A stretch of 63,826 nt of DNA, filler included, from Phoronis australis (Eukaryota; Animalia; Phoronida): assembly GCA_002633005.1 (NCBI GenBank). It is 8 parts of 8 records of this genome, joined end to end, with 100 filler letters (N's around TTAATTAATTAA, not from the genome) between each part and the next. Parts side by side here need not be neighbours in the genome. Positions count along the whole stretch, not along the records: positions 1 to 16,164 come from NMRA01001276.1; 7 more parts are not named here. The stretch is one strand, 5' to 3'. The notes beneath the pieces were generated by a model. The model worked only from the letters and a program-made list of their open reading frames with translations. It made no database searches and had not been told where the DNA came from. Shown here piece after piece: positions 1 to 11,806 of the stretch (position 1 is the first letter of the stretch; each line of letters opens with the position of its first letter). The position numbers and the translations under genes are program-made.

Positions 1-182
1 AAGGTAGATCGACATTCATTGCAATGTTTATCGTTCAGTATGTGGTATAAATAGATTATTACATGTTCTCAGCCGTTATCCCCCTTATCTAGAGCCTTCG
101 TGGATTTTGTAGAATAATTCTTCAAAATCTATTCGGGCCCTAGATTACGGAGGATGACGACTTCGCCATGTAATAACCTAAA
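1..182. repeat. Palindromic-end dispersed repeat, copy 1 (inverted homolog of 5827-6038, with a central deletion)
   Basis: 1-182 aligns to the reverse complement of 5827-6038. Internal arms ATAGATTATTACATG...CATGTAATAACCTA form a hairpin at about 51-180. Confidence 0.8.
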
Positions 183-2298
183 TACACGTAATTTTTATAT
201 TACATGGGCGAATCACAAAGTAGTGCAAAGTAGAAATCCATACACCTTACATTTTATCGTCTGTAAAACACTAATACCAACAACCAAACATCCACCTCGA
301 TCAATCTGGCACGCTTCAATATGGCATCCAAAACAGCAGCATCATGTACGTACTCCTAGTCGGAATTACATGCAAACATCTTCTTAAAAGGGGATTGTAG
401 TAAAAATAATGCAGCAGTTAACCAGTTCTAACATATAAATAAAACTCATATTTGCCCGAGTTTCGCGCCAAACAAAAGCTGATTCACATTTAGTGACAAA
501 ACACTGAAATCCTGACAGTGATCCTTTATGGGCTGATATGTCAGTGATGTGGCTGGTGGGGTATCGACTGATTGTCACATATTGCTGTGCCATGTTGTGA
601 AGGGTTTACATGATATTTTGTCGTTTTATCTGCCGTGCCTGCTTTTTACTGTTTGCCATAGTGTTGTAAAAGGTTTGTCCTGTCTTTTTTGCAGGGCTCT
701 TGGTTGTTCAGACTCTTTGAAAAAGGTGTCTTCTAAGGGGAGGGACCTCGCATACCGGCATTGCCATCGGTTGGTATGAAGCTGTAGGCTAAATATACAG
801 CTTTGCGCCGATATGGGTAAAAATGTACAGATAAAATCTGACTCAAAATTAGTGTCATTAAAACTACTCTCTTCCTTGAGTAAACTAACTTATTTACCGG
901 AAGAATATAGCGTTCTGCCGTTAATCGGCTGCTGCTAAAATTGTGACTCGTTCTTTTGGGTCGGCTTCCGGCGATTGCGTCGCCTGACCTTGACCAGTTT
1001 CTTTTCCCCTATTCTTTTATCCACTGTTCTTTGCTCCGGCTCGAGGTTGCGTACATGTCACAACAAATTATCGGAATATGTTTCATTTCGTTACAAGTTT
1101 TTAGTATCTTAATTCCAGCAAACCGAATTTTAAAATAAACTTTGCTGCTGCGAAGCTGTCATCACTCTCCCGATAGACGTCGCAAAATTTTAGGAAATGG
1201 CGCGTGCTCCGTGTCACGAGCTTGATGTTTTTGAAAACGGGCCACAGACTTTTCTTTGTTACAAATGGTAGAAAATAATGCCAGAAAATGACGTTTATTT
1301 GATTGTTTTCCACTTAAAAACGGCTGTTACGAACAAGGTGAGTGTTAGTTGACTACCAGATTTTGCATACACCCCCGCCGGTCGTTAGGTCTACATTTTG
1401 GTGTAAGTTCCAAGAAGAGGTGACGAACATAACTACCCGGGTAGTCCCACACTGTGTGAAATTTCTGGGTCTGACGGAGCTCAACAGATAGTGGAACCTA
1501 GCTGCACTTTGACGATAGTCTTCATGCAGCTATAGTCGGTAAGGAACCAACCCTGAAATAGTTTACAGTTTCTAGCAGCTAGCTGGCTGGCTAGAGTCCG
1601 CAAATGCCCACTGTCACACCAGTGTAAAGGTGTAAATTGTCGATACGGGCTGGTTACATATTTTCGTCTGACGATGACGACGGCTGAGTATCATTTTGTG
1701 TTGCCTCGGCTCAAACAGGTAAACCTGGTAACCCGACATTTTACACTAAACTGTCTTGTTTCGACAATCTGAAGAACGCCACTTGACTGCAAGCTAAACT
1801 AGGACACTGACTTTGCCCCACCAAATACGTAATGAGAAGCAGCGCTCCAAGCGTGTGTTTTTTAGTTTCGTTAGAAAAGATAAGTTTACTTTTGACGGTT
1901 GAATTATTAGTGAAATTAATCAACAACTCATAAAGAACTATGCAAAATTTATTCAGAATAAAATACAGTTCCCGGCGAATTCCATGTCCACGTTCATTCA
2001 AACCGTGATGAACCGACCCCACTCAAGAAACCGTGCCGTGAGACTGACTAGCTGCGCTGTCTCAAGGTCAGTGCTCACGTGCGGGTAAAACCTGCTGACT
2101 GTTATTTATAAACATTTGTTAAGTTTTAATGTTACGACTTCAAAGAGTATTTATTAGGTTCTAACTTGAATGTATGTGACGAAAGGTAAATGCAATTCAC
2201 AAATGTTAAGTTTAAAATAGAAAAATAACCGGGTTTACGTTATATCGCACAAGCGTGATTTTACAAAAGTTGTTGTTGAAAGTTTACGGTTCATGTGA

Positions 2299-2498
2299 AA
2301 AATCCCTCGGCAAGCCTCGGGATTTTGACTAAATTTCTAAGAGGTTTTGCCCACGTCATAAACCTGAGACTCGAGCTCATAATCACGCGCAAACTGCCAC
2401 GAGACATTCATAGCGTTAATACACAAAACGTACCAAGAATGGTGTAATCCGTGTACATGAAGTAATATCCCACGAGTGGCCAAGGGATATTACTTCAT
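2299..2498. repeat. Two short hairpins, probably transposon-terminal palindromes
   Basis: AAAATCCC-TCGGCAAGCCTC-GGGATTTT (2299-2326) and ATGAAGTAATATCCC-N12-GGGATATTACTTCAT (2457-2498, perfect 15-bp stem). Confidence 0.6.
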
Positions 2499-3402
2499 CT
2501 ACGCCAATCGAGGTACGTTTTGTATTTATCCCACACGCTTCGAACTCCTAAGTTTCTTTCTTTTTTTTCGGCAGAATTTTTTAAATACTTCACCCAGACT
2601 TTACACTTGGCGGATCACATCCTTTATGAATATACTTGCGCGTTAGGTTATAAGTTTTCTCTAGTAAAAGAAACAGTTTTAAATGTAACGATTTATTACT
2701 TGAAAAGAGATAACAGAGGTGAAAGCAACGGTAGTTGTGAATTGAACGTGAAACATTTCTTTAACATAGTTCAATATAAAAACTTTTGATATTGTAGTTA
2801 CCGAGAAATCAGCACCTGACTTGTAGACGATATAACCTTTAGCAATTGAAAACTGAGACAAATTTGTCATTTAATTAACATTTTGTACTAAATGTTACGT
2901 TTGGGACCTGATTGCATGTTGAGTGTTATTTATACTGCTGCAATTGTATTATTTTAAACTATTTTGGGAAAATTTGATAATTGAACTGACTACCGAAGTC
3001 GAGTCGACATTGACCTACCTTTTGAACTTTCCATGTCAGAGAGCACTGTTGAAGTAGTGTGGGAGGGAAATACACAAAACAATATCACATGGCCATATTG
3101 CACTTGACCGATTCAATGCGTGCAATGATAAAAACATCAAATATAGCTTTTAGGTCGAGTTACAATTTGTAAGAATTGGAAAGACTTTTGGGAGCACATT
3201 TTGATGAAGTGTGGTAGTTGAGTTTTCTGAAATTTTTTTTTGCCACTAACTTGTACTAATAAGCACCCATGAGCTACTGATACTTATCTACCCTTCTGGC
3301 ATCAAGTACGTTATCAACGGGATCTTCATTCAAGCAAAAGACAAATCTTGAAAAGGTTTTAGAAATGTGCGCAAATCGACGGGACCTGTTCACATCGAAC
3401 AC

Positions 3403-3409
3403 TATAAAA
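3403..3409 (+). promoter_or_regulatory. TATA box of the secreted-protein gene
   Basis: TATAAAAG lies 63 nt upstream of an ATG (3466) that opens a signal-peptide exon. Confidence 0.7.
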
Positions 3410-3465
3410 GGCCGTATACAACTGACCGCTCATCATAGGGCCGCTTGAACGAGTTCGCAAGAATC

Positions 3466-3513
3466 ATGAAATTGTCTCTAGTGGCGTTTTACTTAGTCTG
3501 TGCTGTTGCTTTG
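3466..3513 (+). CDS. Secreted protein gene, coding exon 1 (signal peptide MKLSLVAFYLVCAVAL)
   Basis: ATG in AATCATG context, MK followed by a hydrophobic core, and a GTAAGT donor at 3514 (phase 0). Confidence 0.85.
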
Positions 3514-4150
3514 GTAAGTTCTCTATTCGAACTTTGAGTGGTCATGTGTTAATTGGGTTTTGGACTTTTCATGTAAAATATGAGCCCGAGAACTTTTAAG
3601 TTAAAATGGACATTGAAGTGTCAAAACAGAGTTTTGTAACGTTCTTTGCTCAAGATTGAAAACCATTGTTAGTAATGGAAGTTAGTTGTTCAGTCGATAT
3701 CAGCTACCAAGGGAAATAACTGAAATTTATTTTCAGTAATAGAAAAAGTACAACGGATTTTTATTGTGTCTAGGGAAATGGTACCATTTACCAGTGAAAA
3801 AATAACGCTTCGGAAATGATGAGACCGGCCATGTTTAGGTCGCATGTATGATAGACATTAGGAACATTTAAAATTGAAAAGTAAAAGTCTTGGAAAAGAA
3901 AAAAAAAACTTCTTAACAATTCGTTTTGTATCACTCACCTATTTTGATTACCCTTAGGTTAAAGCGGTGTCATTCCAATGTCATACGATTTACATTAAAT
4001 TGTCAATAATTTCCTACCCAACACATAAACCATGTTCGATCGTTCTTGACTTGTAAATTTCTCGCGAAGACAAAGGTACACTGTACATGTATTTTTATGT
4101 AAATGAATTGAAAGTGATAATATGGAACAAAATGATTGTTACTCTTGCAG

Positions 4151-4301
4151 TGCTCGGCTAGACCGGGTCCTTTCAGTGAGGATCCTTTCTTTGGAGAAAT
4201 TGCGAATCACAAAAATTTGTCTGCATTTGTCGCTGAGATTGTAAGTGATGGTATGGAGGAAGTGCAGAAAAAAAACATGATCGGCGGAAAGAAACAATCA
4301 C
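4151..4301 (+). CDS. Secreted protein gene, exon 2 (CSARPGPFSEDPFFGEIANHKNLSAFVAEIVSDGMEEVQKKNMIGGKKQS)
   Basis: TCTTGCAG acceptor and an open frame continuing exon 1 (likely cleavage CSA/RP). GTAAGT donor at 4302 (phase 1). Confidence 0.8.
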
Positions 4302-4341
4302 GTAAGTAACGTAACTTTTACCTGTGCTAGCATAGATTATA

Positions 4342-4571
4342 CATGCGCGCACCCAGCCTCCAATATGGGGGGTCGAATTACTGACGTTGTGGACCTTTCG
4401 ATAACAATAACGCGGGCGGACATAAAAAAGGGGCGCACCACTGTGAATTTCGCGTTTGTGCTTGTTTAATGGACTTTTGTCTCATTCTCTCGGACTTTTG
4501 TTTCTCGGAGGCCGACCTTTTTGCCCACTTCGCCAAATGGGGAGCCCCCCGACCCCCCGGGTGCGCGCATG
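4342..4571. mobile_element. MITE with 13-bp terminal inverted repeats
   Basis: Perfect TIR CATGCGCGCACCC / GGGTGCGCGCATG, flanked on both sides by TTATA (4337-4341 and 4572-4576). Confidence 0.75.
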
Positions 4572-5084
4572 TTATAGAAGACAGATTCGCAACTCCGACA
4601 TTTTGTTCCGTGCTAACCAAGAGGAGGCGTCACTATCCTAACTTATCTGGTGCAGTTTCCGGTTAATATATTTTGACGGAAAATTCTCGCATAAACTTTA
4701 CTGTCCAGTACAACGAAAAATATAATAAATTCGGCATTGAAACGCTGTTAAAAGTCTTCCAATAGTAGAACTGTTAGTATCGTGAGTACTTTTGGCAATG
4801 CTGCTGGTAATTGATTACAAAATTCAAACTTCGGTGCCGACTGATTATGTCGTCTGCTTGCACAACACTAGCAGCATAGTTATTCATCGATCAAATACTG
4901 AGAAAACTACGAAAGCATATTTGTGCACAAATTCCAAGGAGTACCTGTGAATTGAAAAGATACTTATATATCTATTTTGTTTTAGAAAAATATTATTTTG
5001 TTCGGATTAAAAAATGCGCCGCTGCAACGATTTCACTGGTTTAACCTTTGTATGGTTATAATTCAACCTTTTCTCAAGTGAGTA

Positions 5085-5131
5085 ATTCTTCTGGGAAGGA
5101 AGTGTTGAGTGGCCCTTAAAAGGGCCGTTGG
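5085..5131 (-). other. Histone mRNA-type 3' stem-loop with a putative downstream element; no histone ORF attached
   Basis: The minus strand reads CCAAC-GGCCCT-TTTA-AGGGCC-ACTCA (16-nt stem-loop at 5111-5126), followed about 17 nt later by purine-rich CAGAAGAA. Confidence 0.65.
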
Positions 5132-5826
5132 TTGTACTGTGCATGAGCCTTAAGTATTGAGTGAAATGGTTCTTAAAAAAACGTTGAATAATTCAACATA
5201 ACTCACACAGTATACCGTGTTCACTCAATTACTGAAGGTGCTCTTCATTTAAGTTTTCACCAGGGAAGGTTGGATGAAAACAGACAAGATGACAAAATCG
5301 ATGACAGTTGTAACACCTTTGTTACCGTTCACCAACGTTTTCACGAACCCTGCCTCGTTCAGTTCTTGTTCCTGGATCAACAAATAATCCTGAACCGTAG
5401 GGAAAAAAGACATACAACAAAACGAATCAAATTTCGAAAATCATCGCCTTCGCAGGATTCAGTGTTGCTGTCACCATACCGATATTCTTCCCCAACATCC
5501 ATGTCGAAAATCGACGTTGCAAGTGATGGAAAATTGTGTCTTTTGTTTCTAAATTTTAACCCAGTTTTTAAGAAAGGGGTGTACTGATTATGTCTAATGT
5601 TGATAGAGCATGACTTGTGGTTTTTACAATGCATTAATCGTGCTGCATGTATTGATATTAAGTGGCCTCATTGAGTTGAACACAAAATAAATTAAACGAA
5701 ACACATTAAAGTTTTGAAAATATAAAGAGCAGTAACAGACTACCTAAATATCAAGCGTGTTTTAGAAAGGTTTGCGCCATTGGTGATCTGATTGGTTCAA
5801 GCACTTGCGGCTGGAAAATGATAGAT

Positions 5827-6038
5827 ATAGATTATTACATGGCGAAGTCGTTATCCCCTGTTATCTAGAACCCGAGTGGATTTTAGAGAATTATCGCCCG
5901 AGAGGCGTTAGCCCCGAGGGTGATAATTCTCCAAAATCCACAAGGGCTCTAGATAAGGGCGATAAAGACTGAGAACATGTAATAATCTATTTATACCACA
6001 TACTAAACGAGAAACATTGCATTGAATCGATCTACCTT
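5827..6038. repeat. Palindromic-end dispersed repeat, copy 2 (164-bp imperfect hairpin 5827-5990)
   Basis: ATAGATTATTACATG...AATTATCGCCCGAGAGGCGTTAGCCCCGAGGGTGATAATT...CATGTAATAATCTAT. Homologous to 1-182. Confidence 0.8.
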
Positions 6039-6829
6039 TCTCGGCTCGCCTCGGCTTTGTAACTACTTTCTATGTCAGAGGCCCGGGGTCGGAGATCGTG
6101 ACCGAGCTATTTTTGTCAAATAATGCTTATACTCAAAACCAATTGGACATTTAAACAAAATAGAAATGAAGTGAATCTACAAATCAAAGTTTAGTAACTT
6201 TTACAGCTTACGACACATTTTATCACGCCCAGCCTCGACCGGTTGTATTTTCATAGACTGAAATATACTTGGCTAAGATGGTCTAGAGATTTTTTGAGGC
6301 ATACATTAGACATGAAATGAGTGTGTAGCCTGCTGTTGAATTGCGGGATAGATTTTGAGAAGGCCAGTTAGCTATTTCTGGAGTATAAATGTGATCTTTA
6401 TTTATGTTAAAGGTTTTAGGCCTACCAGCATTCAATTTATTTGTACACGGATTTATAAATCGGCTAAATCGGTGATCCAAATGCCGACGAAATATGCGCA
6501 TAGTGCTGAATCACCGCCTGATTAGTGCTAGCGAAGATGACCAATGTGGTTAATTAGCACCCTAGACCTTGACTGAAGTTCCTCATAAGGACAGGAGTTC
6601 GTGAATCACTATCTTTTCAAAGAATTTAGCGGACAATTTTCGCCAAAAATTACCAGGTAATACTCATCAAAAAGGAGTAAAGAACAATGGATGTGTGAGA
6701 CAGAATTAAGTCAGTAGTGGTAGTACTAGTAGGCCTACCAGAAGTTCTTAAAAAACATCCATCATCAAAATGTGATTGACGTTTAAACAAGACATAAGGT
6801 TTTTCTCCCACAGCCGATTATGGGGTCTC

Positions 6830-7560
6830 CGTACGCTATGGAAGCTAACGCCTTTGCATTTCGCCAGTGTGGCCGAACACCCTGCCACACAGCGACTGGC
6901 CATGATTAGGAGGCACAGAACAGTTCTCACAGGGGTTCGCCTGTCAGAACACACATCAATGCACTCTTCACCCTTTCTTCACTTTGTCAAAAACTGCATG
7001 CAAATAAGGAAATGTTTTGAGTCATTTCACATCAGAAGCCCTACAGATGAGCACAGAAACTTTTTTCTCTCTTGCAATTTTGACTCTTTCACTTCCAGTA
7101 GAAATCAAGCTGAACCAAGAGAAATGAGGGCAAAAAAATCAAAATCGACACATTTCACCCCCAAAATCACCACTTTCCTGCCGATGCTAGACTAAAGCCA
7201 ACACTAGATTCCGAAAGCAAATTTCCTACCGAGTCCAAAAATGTGGTCCAAAAGTACTGTCAACCAACTAGTTTTTTTTGCAAATCTGGCTTGTTTGAGG
7301 GCTACCTGGAATCGCGGCAAATTTCTCAGTAATGTTGCTACACAGCAATGCACAACTGCAACAGGGGGCCACCATCTTGAAGAAGAGTGCAGCTACAGCC
7401 AAGAAACTGGCCTTTTTTCATTCTCAGCATGTTCAAAAATACAAAAAACCACATTCACTTGGCCTACACACAATACCCAACTAAAAATGCCCCCAAGCCT
7501 GGCCTAGCCCTAGATTTTAACATTTTGGCAGTGCAAATTGGCCGCGGCCATACTGGGCCT
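6830..7560 (-). mobile_element. Non-autonomous DNA transposon remnant with a THAP N-terminus (Kolobok-like)
   Basis: Minus-strand MASRCVAGCSATLAKCKGVSFH (ATG at 6903) resembles the start of a THAP finger. About 7150-7560 is homologous to about 46600-47016, and the element ends ...ACTGGGCCT. Confidence 0.5.
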
Positions 7561-8349
7561 AACTATTCTGTGCCACCTTCGCAAACGACGTACTTGCCGG
7601 AAATTACACCAGATAATTTGGCCAGGTGACGCTAGTGACTAAAGAAGCAACGGCTTGTGCGAAACAGCACACATTTCGTCCATTGAATGTATACTGAGAT
7701 GGCGGTCTATGTGCTATAGTTTATGTGCTATAGTATTACCAGTTAAACTGCAGCTCGAACCTGAGGGTAGAACGGTAGAATGGTACCGACAATACTATGC
7801 CGGCTTTGAAGTGAGCCGTGACTGCTCCCTGAGTCAACAGCGCCACTCTTGTGAAATACTGTAGTAAAGTTACGACAATCGGCTGGCTATACGGTAACGG
7901 GTTCGTGATCACAGCCCTGTACGAGCATAGATTTTTTAGCTTAGACGTAAGCACCGTATAGATACGTTTAGCCGCACGAAAATTCAGACCATTCGCAATG
8001 GGCAACAGAGATGTAATCAACCTCCTAAATCGAAAGTTCAGCGTCGTTAACCTGATTAGTCGTAAAGATTAATCAGCTTTGGATTTAATGGGTAACGAAC
8101 AGTAAACATAATGCTGCACATAAAAACAACAGGTCATGTAGTTTAAACTTTTTACTCGAAATATACCTCGAAATATTTTTGACATTCTCCGCTCTGTTTT
8201 GATACGGAATCTAACTATGTCTGTTTCTGGGGACAAATAAAACAACAGGAATAACGGCAAATTCAATAACAAGTACCAAATAGGCAAATATCATAAAGTA
8301 CCAAGAGGGTACACCAAACAGCCAACTGGGCTTTAACAACCTGCAAGCT

Positions 8350-8605
8350 CAGTGAGCACTAGACCAGCCTGAGTGATAAAGAGAGATAATGTAAGGAACG
8401 TGGTATCGTGGCTCAGTATGTGCCACATGGGCAAGGTTGTTCATGGATGAACAATCCTGTCCACCGCCACAACCCGCATCAGTGGAGGCCGTGACCCTGG
8501 TAGACAAGAAACGAATAGGAGTGGCAGGGAATGTGGGAAAAGGATAGTCGCAACCATTGAGAAATGGACCGATGCCTTTCTCGGATTTGCCTCCATATTC
8601 ATCAT
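8350..8605 (+). mobile_element. Degenerate DIRS/Ngaro-type gag fragment
   Basis: Translation ...TIEKWTDAFLGFASIF resembles the I-x-x-W-T-D-A-F motif of DIRS gag-like proteins. It is cut by a GC-rich short repeat at 8606. Confidence 0.35.
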
Positions 8606-9225
8606 AGGCGGATTTAGGAGGGGAGCCCAGGGGGCCCGGCCCTCCCTCCCCCTTGGCTGCCGCAAAAAGATAAAACAGCATCAGCGTAGGGAAATGTTGA
8701 GTTTATNATTTCAAGTGTCAAATTCGGAACACGGCGCATTCGTAACGGAACTAATCTATGGCTAAGTATAAGCTCTCAGGCGACCGGCAGTGGCGCTGCG
8801 CACTACGACTCCGTTTCCTTCGTCTGCTCCATTGTGCAATGAAGAAAATTTACTTCATTATTTAAAGAAAAATGGAGCCTGAGTGACGACCATGAAAAAA
8901 CAGAAACTCCTGGTAAGATGTGAATTTTAATCGAAGCCTTGGTGAATCACTCAGAAACTCATAATTCTGTCTTTGTCAAACCTTAAGTTAAGACGATTTC
9001 CAAAATAATCCGGTCATTATTGCCAACACGAAAAACGGATTTGGTCTTTTGGGCATTTGAAGACTACAGGTGGTGTGTATTTTAAATACAACAAAGTTGT
9101 TAAGAACCGATTGCACAAAATATAAAACGTGTAATAAGCATTACAAAACGAAGTAGATTTCGCGCGCAAACGCTGTGGACCATAAACAAGTAGGTCTCTT
9201 AGCACAATATTAGTAGTTTAAAAAT

Positions 9226-9300
9226 CGTGGTGGGATAGTGGTAAAGCAAGCGCGATCCGCCAGCTCGTGAGTTCTAGTCTGTGTTACGTGTGGTTTTTCC
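9226..9300 (+). mobile_element. tRNA-derived SINE head (degenerate)
   Basis: A-box-like TGGGATAGTGG and B-box-like GAGTTCTAGTC at tRNA spacing, with no complete cloverleaf. Confidence 0.35.
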
Positions 9301-9911
9301 TGTTTGACACGTTTTCCGTGTTTTCTTTTGCCTTTTTTCTAGGATAATACTTCAGGAATCAAGGAAAATGCTTGATTTTTAGAAGAAAAAATAGAAAATT
9401 TTCCTGGGCGGGCAAACCCCCCTCCCGACCTCCCCCCATTCGGTGCTATACGCATCTACAATCCTGGTTTGCTCAAATGCTTACAGCCGAACAAAATGTT
9501 GGCCTCCCCCCTTGTGATATCCTAGATCTGCCACTGTTCATTGAAGCTAATCTAATCCGAAGTAGCCTACACTGGCACGACGTTCGACTTGGGGCACAGC
9601 GCAACGTACAAGTTGGATACCTCACGATGATCAGTACCGCTCCAACAAAGCTCGCAACCCAGACAAACCCTGGTCGACGATAGATTCGGAGTTGCGGTCG
9701 TTGTACATGACAAGCCCCTTTATTGACACCATACCGCACCCACCCTACCAGACACTGCTATGCTTTTAACTACTAGGGAAATTGCACTACATGCAGTGCA
9801 GACACAAACATACCTGCAGGACCTGCGGTGGTTACCACCCGAGTATCGCATTTTACAGGGCAACACTAGGGCAACACTCCCGGCTGGGCCTAATTCCCAG
9901 CGTGCATCGTC

Positions 9912-10554
9912 TGTTATTCTGTGCTCGAGTGTATTATGTTTTACTTGGCTGACTGTCTAAGCCCGCTTCGCACTCGATGACACAAGCATTAAAGGATACT
10001 AAACACTGTTTTGATGTTTTCAACCAATCCTCGTTCTGTCACCTGCTAATGCATCATTAGCGTCAACCCTGAAAGATAAAAAGCAGGAAGCAACTAAAAT
10101 CTTATACTCCCTATCTCACAAACTGGGAATTATGGTCCTTGGCGGGTGGTCTTTTCTCACAGTTGCCGTGTAATTCTGCAAAAGCGTAAGTCACGCTTGC
10201 CCGTTTAGCAGACTTTGAAAAAATTTTTTAAAGTTTTCTCCAAACTGTTGAGGGTTGTCGAGGTTACAGAGCATTATTTTATTTCGGAGAACTGGATGCA
10301 AAAGCCTTTACTAGTATCTGTTAGTAGACCAAAACCGTGTTTGATATCATTTTATAGCTGGTGCGTTCGAATCTGAATTGGTTTGAGTTTGGTAGTACGA
10401 GCTTGGACTACTTTACTGCATAAACGATAACATACTTGGGCACACAATAATACTAAGAAACTTATTGTGAGCGCTTATTGCAGTAGAACAGAAAATGTCA
10501 AAAATGGCTCCGAGTTCGATTTCGGAGATTAGACCCCGGGCCCAGGGGTCCTTA
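9912..10554. mobile_element. Dispersed non-autonomous DNA element (related pieces at about 17585-17850, 33285-33430 and, inverted, 41095-41345)
   Basis: Shares TTCTGTGCTCGAGT..GACTGTCTAA and GGTCCTTGGCGGGTGG..CACAGTTGCC..CGCTTGCCCGTTTAG blocks with those pieces. Ends in GGTCC+TTAA. Confidence 0.6.
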
Positions 10555-10719
10555 AAAACGGCAGTGGTGGAATGCTCAATGATTGCTGTTGTCGATCATA
10601 CGAGTCATAATGGCGTATATTTATGGAAATATTTCAAAATCATTTAAATCCGAAAATTAGTTCGTTTTATCTGACGATTATTCACTACAGTTTTCTAAAG
10701 CGGAACTCTTTTTTTTCAG

Positions 10720-10845
10720 CTGCCACACCCGAAGTTATCAAAAGCGCTATTAGCGCCTTGGTTAAGACATGGCGTCGAGCGGAGGAAATCTTTGACGACG
10801 CTAATACAGATATCGAGGAATTGATCAGCAAAACTGATCCAACGA
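10720..10845 (+). CDS. Secreted protein gene, exon 3 (PATPEVIKSAISALVKTWRRAEEIFDDANTDIEELISKTDPT)
   Basis: T-run+CAG acceptor; 126-nt phase 1-1 exon in frame with exon 2; GTACGT donor at 10846. Confidence 0.8.
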
Positions 10846-11689
10846 GTACGTCAACGCCTTGTCTAATTTCTAGTAACAAACATTTACTTCCAAGTAGCTT
10901 GCAGCTTTCCTAAAAGTAGTAAAAGTTGAAAATCTTGATCTATATATTTTAACAATCTATTAAGGCTTGTGGTTTGGAACATCCTGGCGAACCCAGAAGT
11001 CATTTTGCGGGAAGAACCGTTGAATTTGGCAGTATTTTGATTAATTTGTTTTCTCCCATGCAGCGTGTAGCGGGGTGCCTTTCATCAATTTCAATCCCTG
11101 ACCAACGCAAATTTGGAAACCGCAACATTCCGAGGTCACTCCAGGCCATGAAACCCTACCCCAAACACTTTTGACGACCTCTTCCGTCGTAACGTGCTCT
11201 TCTTTCGTTTGTCGGTCTTGTACCTCTCAGAGGGGGCCTGACCGGTGATTAGGAGTCGACTGTAGCTTTTCTATTTTTATGCAACTGTGAAGCTACTCTT
11301 CTAGGGGGTTTTGATGATGGTATCAATTGTCACTCGTCCCACTGAATTGTTATGTCTAAGTTCCATTCCGTTTACCTCTCTCAGGGGGCCCCTTGAAGGG
11401 CAAGGTCAACTCTCCTCTCCGCTCTCCATAAATCCAGCAATGACACGAGATATGTAGAGCTTGGTGCAATTAGTTTAGGTAATGAGTACCACCCAGTTCT
11501 CAGGATTTTATAAATGAAAGCACACGGTGTAGTGAAACTCAATTGCATTTTTCAGTGGCGGGTTCCTTAAAATCGATTAGTATTTGATGTGATCCATAAA
11601 ACTGGCTAATCATATTGGAAATGCATTATTGATTGTCTAAACTTCGACGTGCAATGACTGTGAGCATGATGTTACGTGTCTTTTTTCAG

Positions 11690-11806
11690 AGAAAGATAAA
11701 GCTAAGGTATACGGAAAACTGTTGCAGGGTTTGCGCACCATCGATAACGTGGTACGTGCGGCGAACGCGAAATATAACCTTACTCTGAACAGGATCTTGA
11801 CTTCCG
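11690..11806 (+). CDS. Secreted protein gene, exon 4 (KKDKAKVYGKLLQGLRTIDNVVRAANAKYNLTLNRILTS)
   Basis: TTTTTTCAG acceptor; 117-nt phase 1-1 exon; GTAAGT donor at 11807. Confidence 0.8.

Noticed and set aside
5264-5587. 105-aa ORF with an upstream CAG as a possible exon 3 of the secreted gene
   Set aside because: It is out of phase with the 4302 donor (stop after 4 codons) and would need the internal donor at 4241. The 10720 exon gives a fully consistent model.
9540-9900. Possible DIRS zinc-knuckle or RT start on the minus strand
   Set aside because: It is too degenerate and lies on the opposite strand to the gag-like fragment at 8350-8605.
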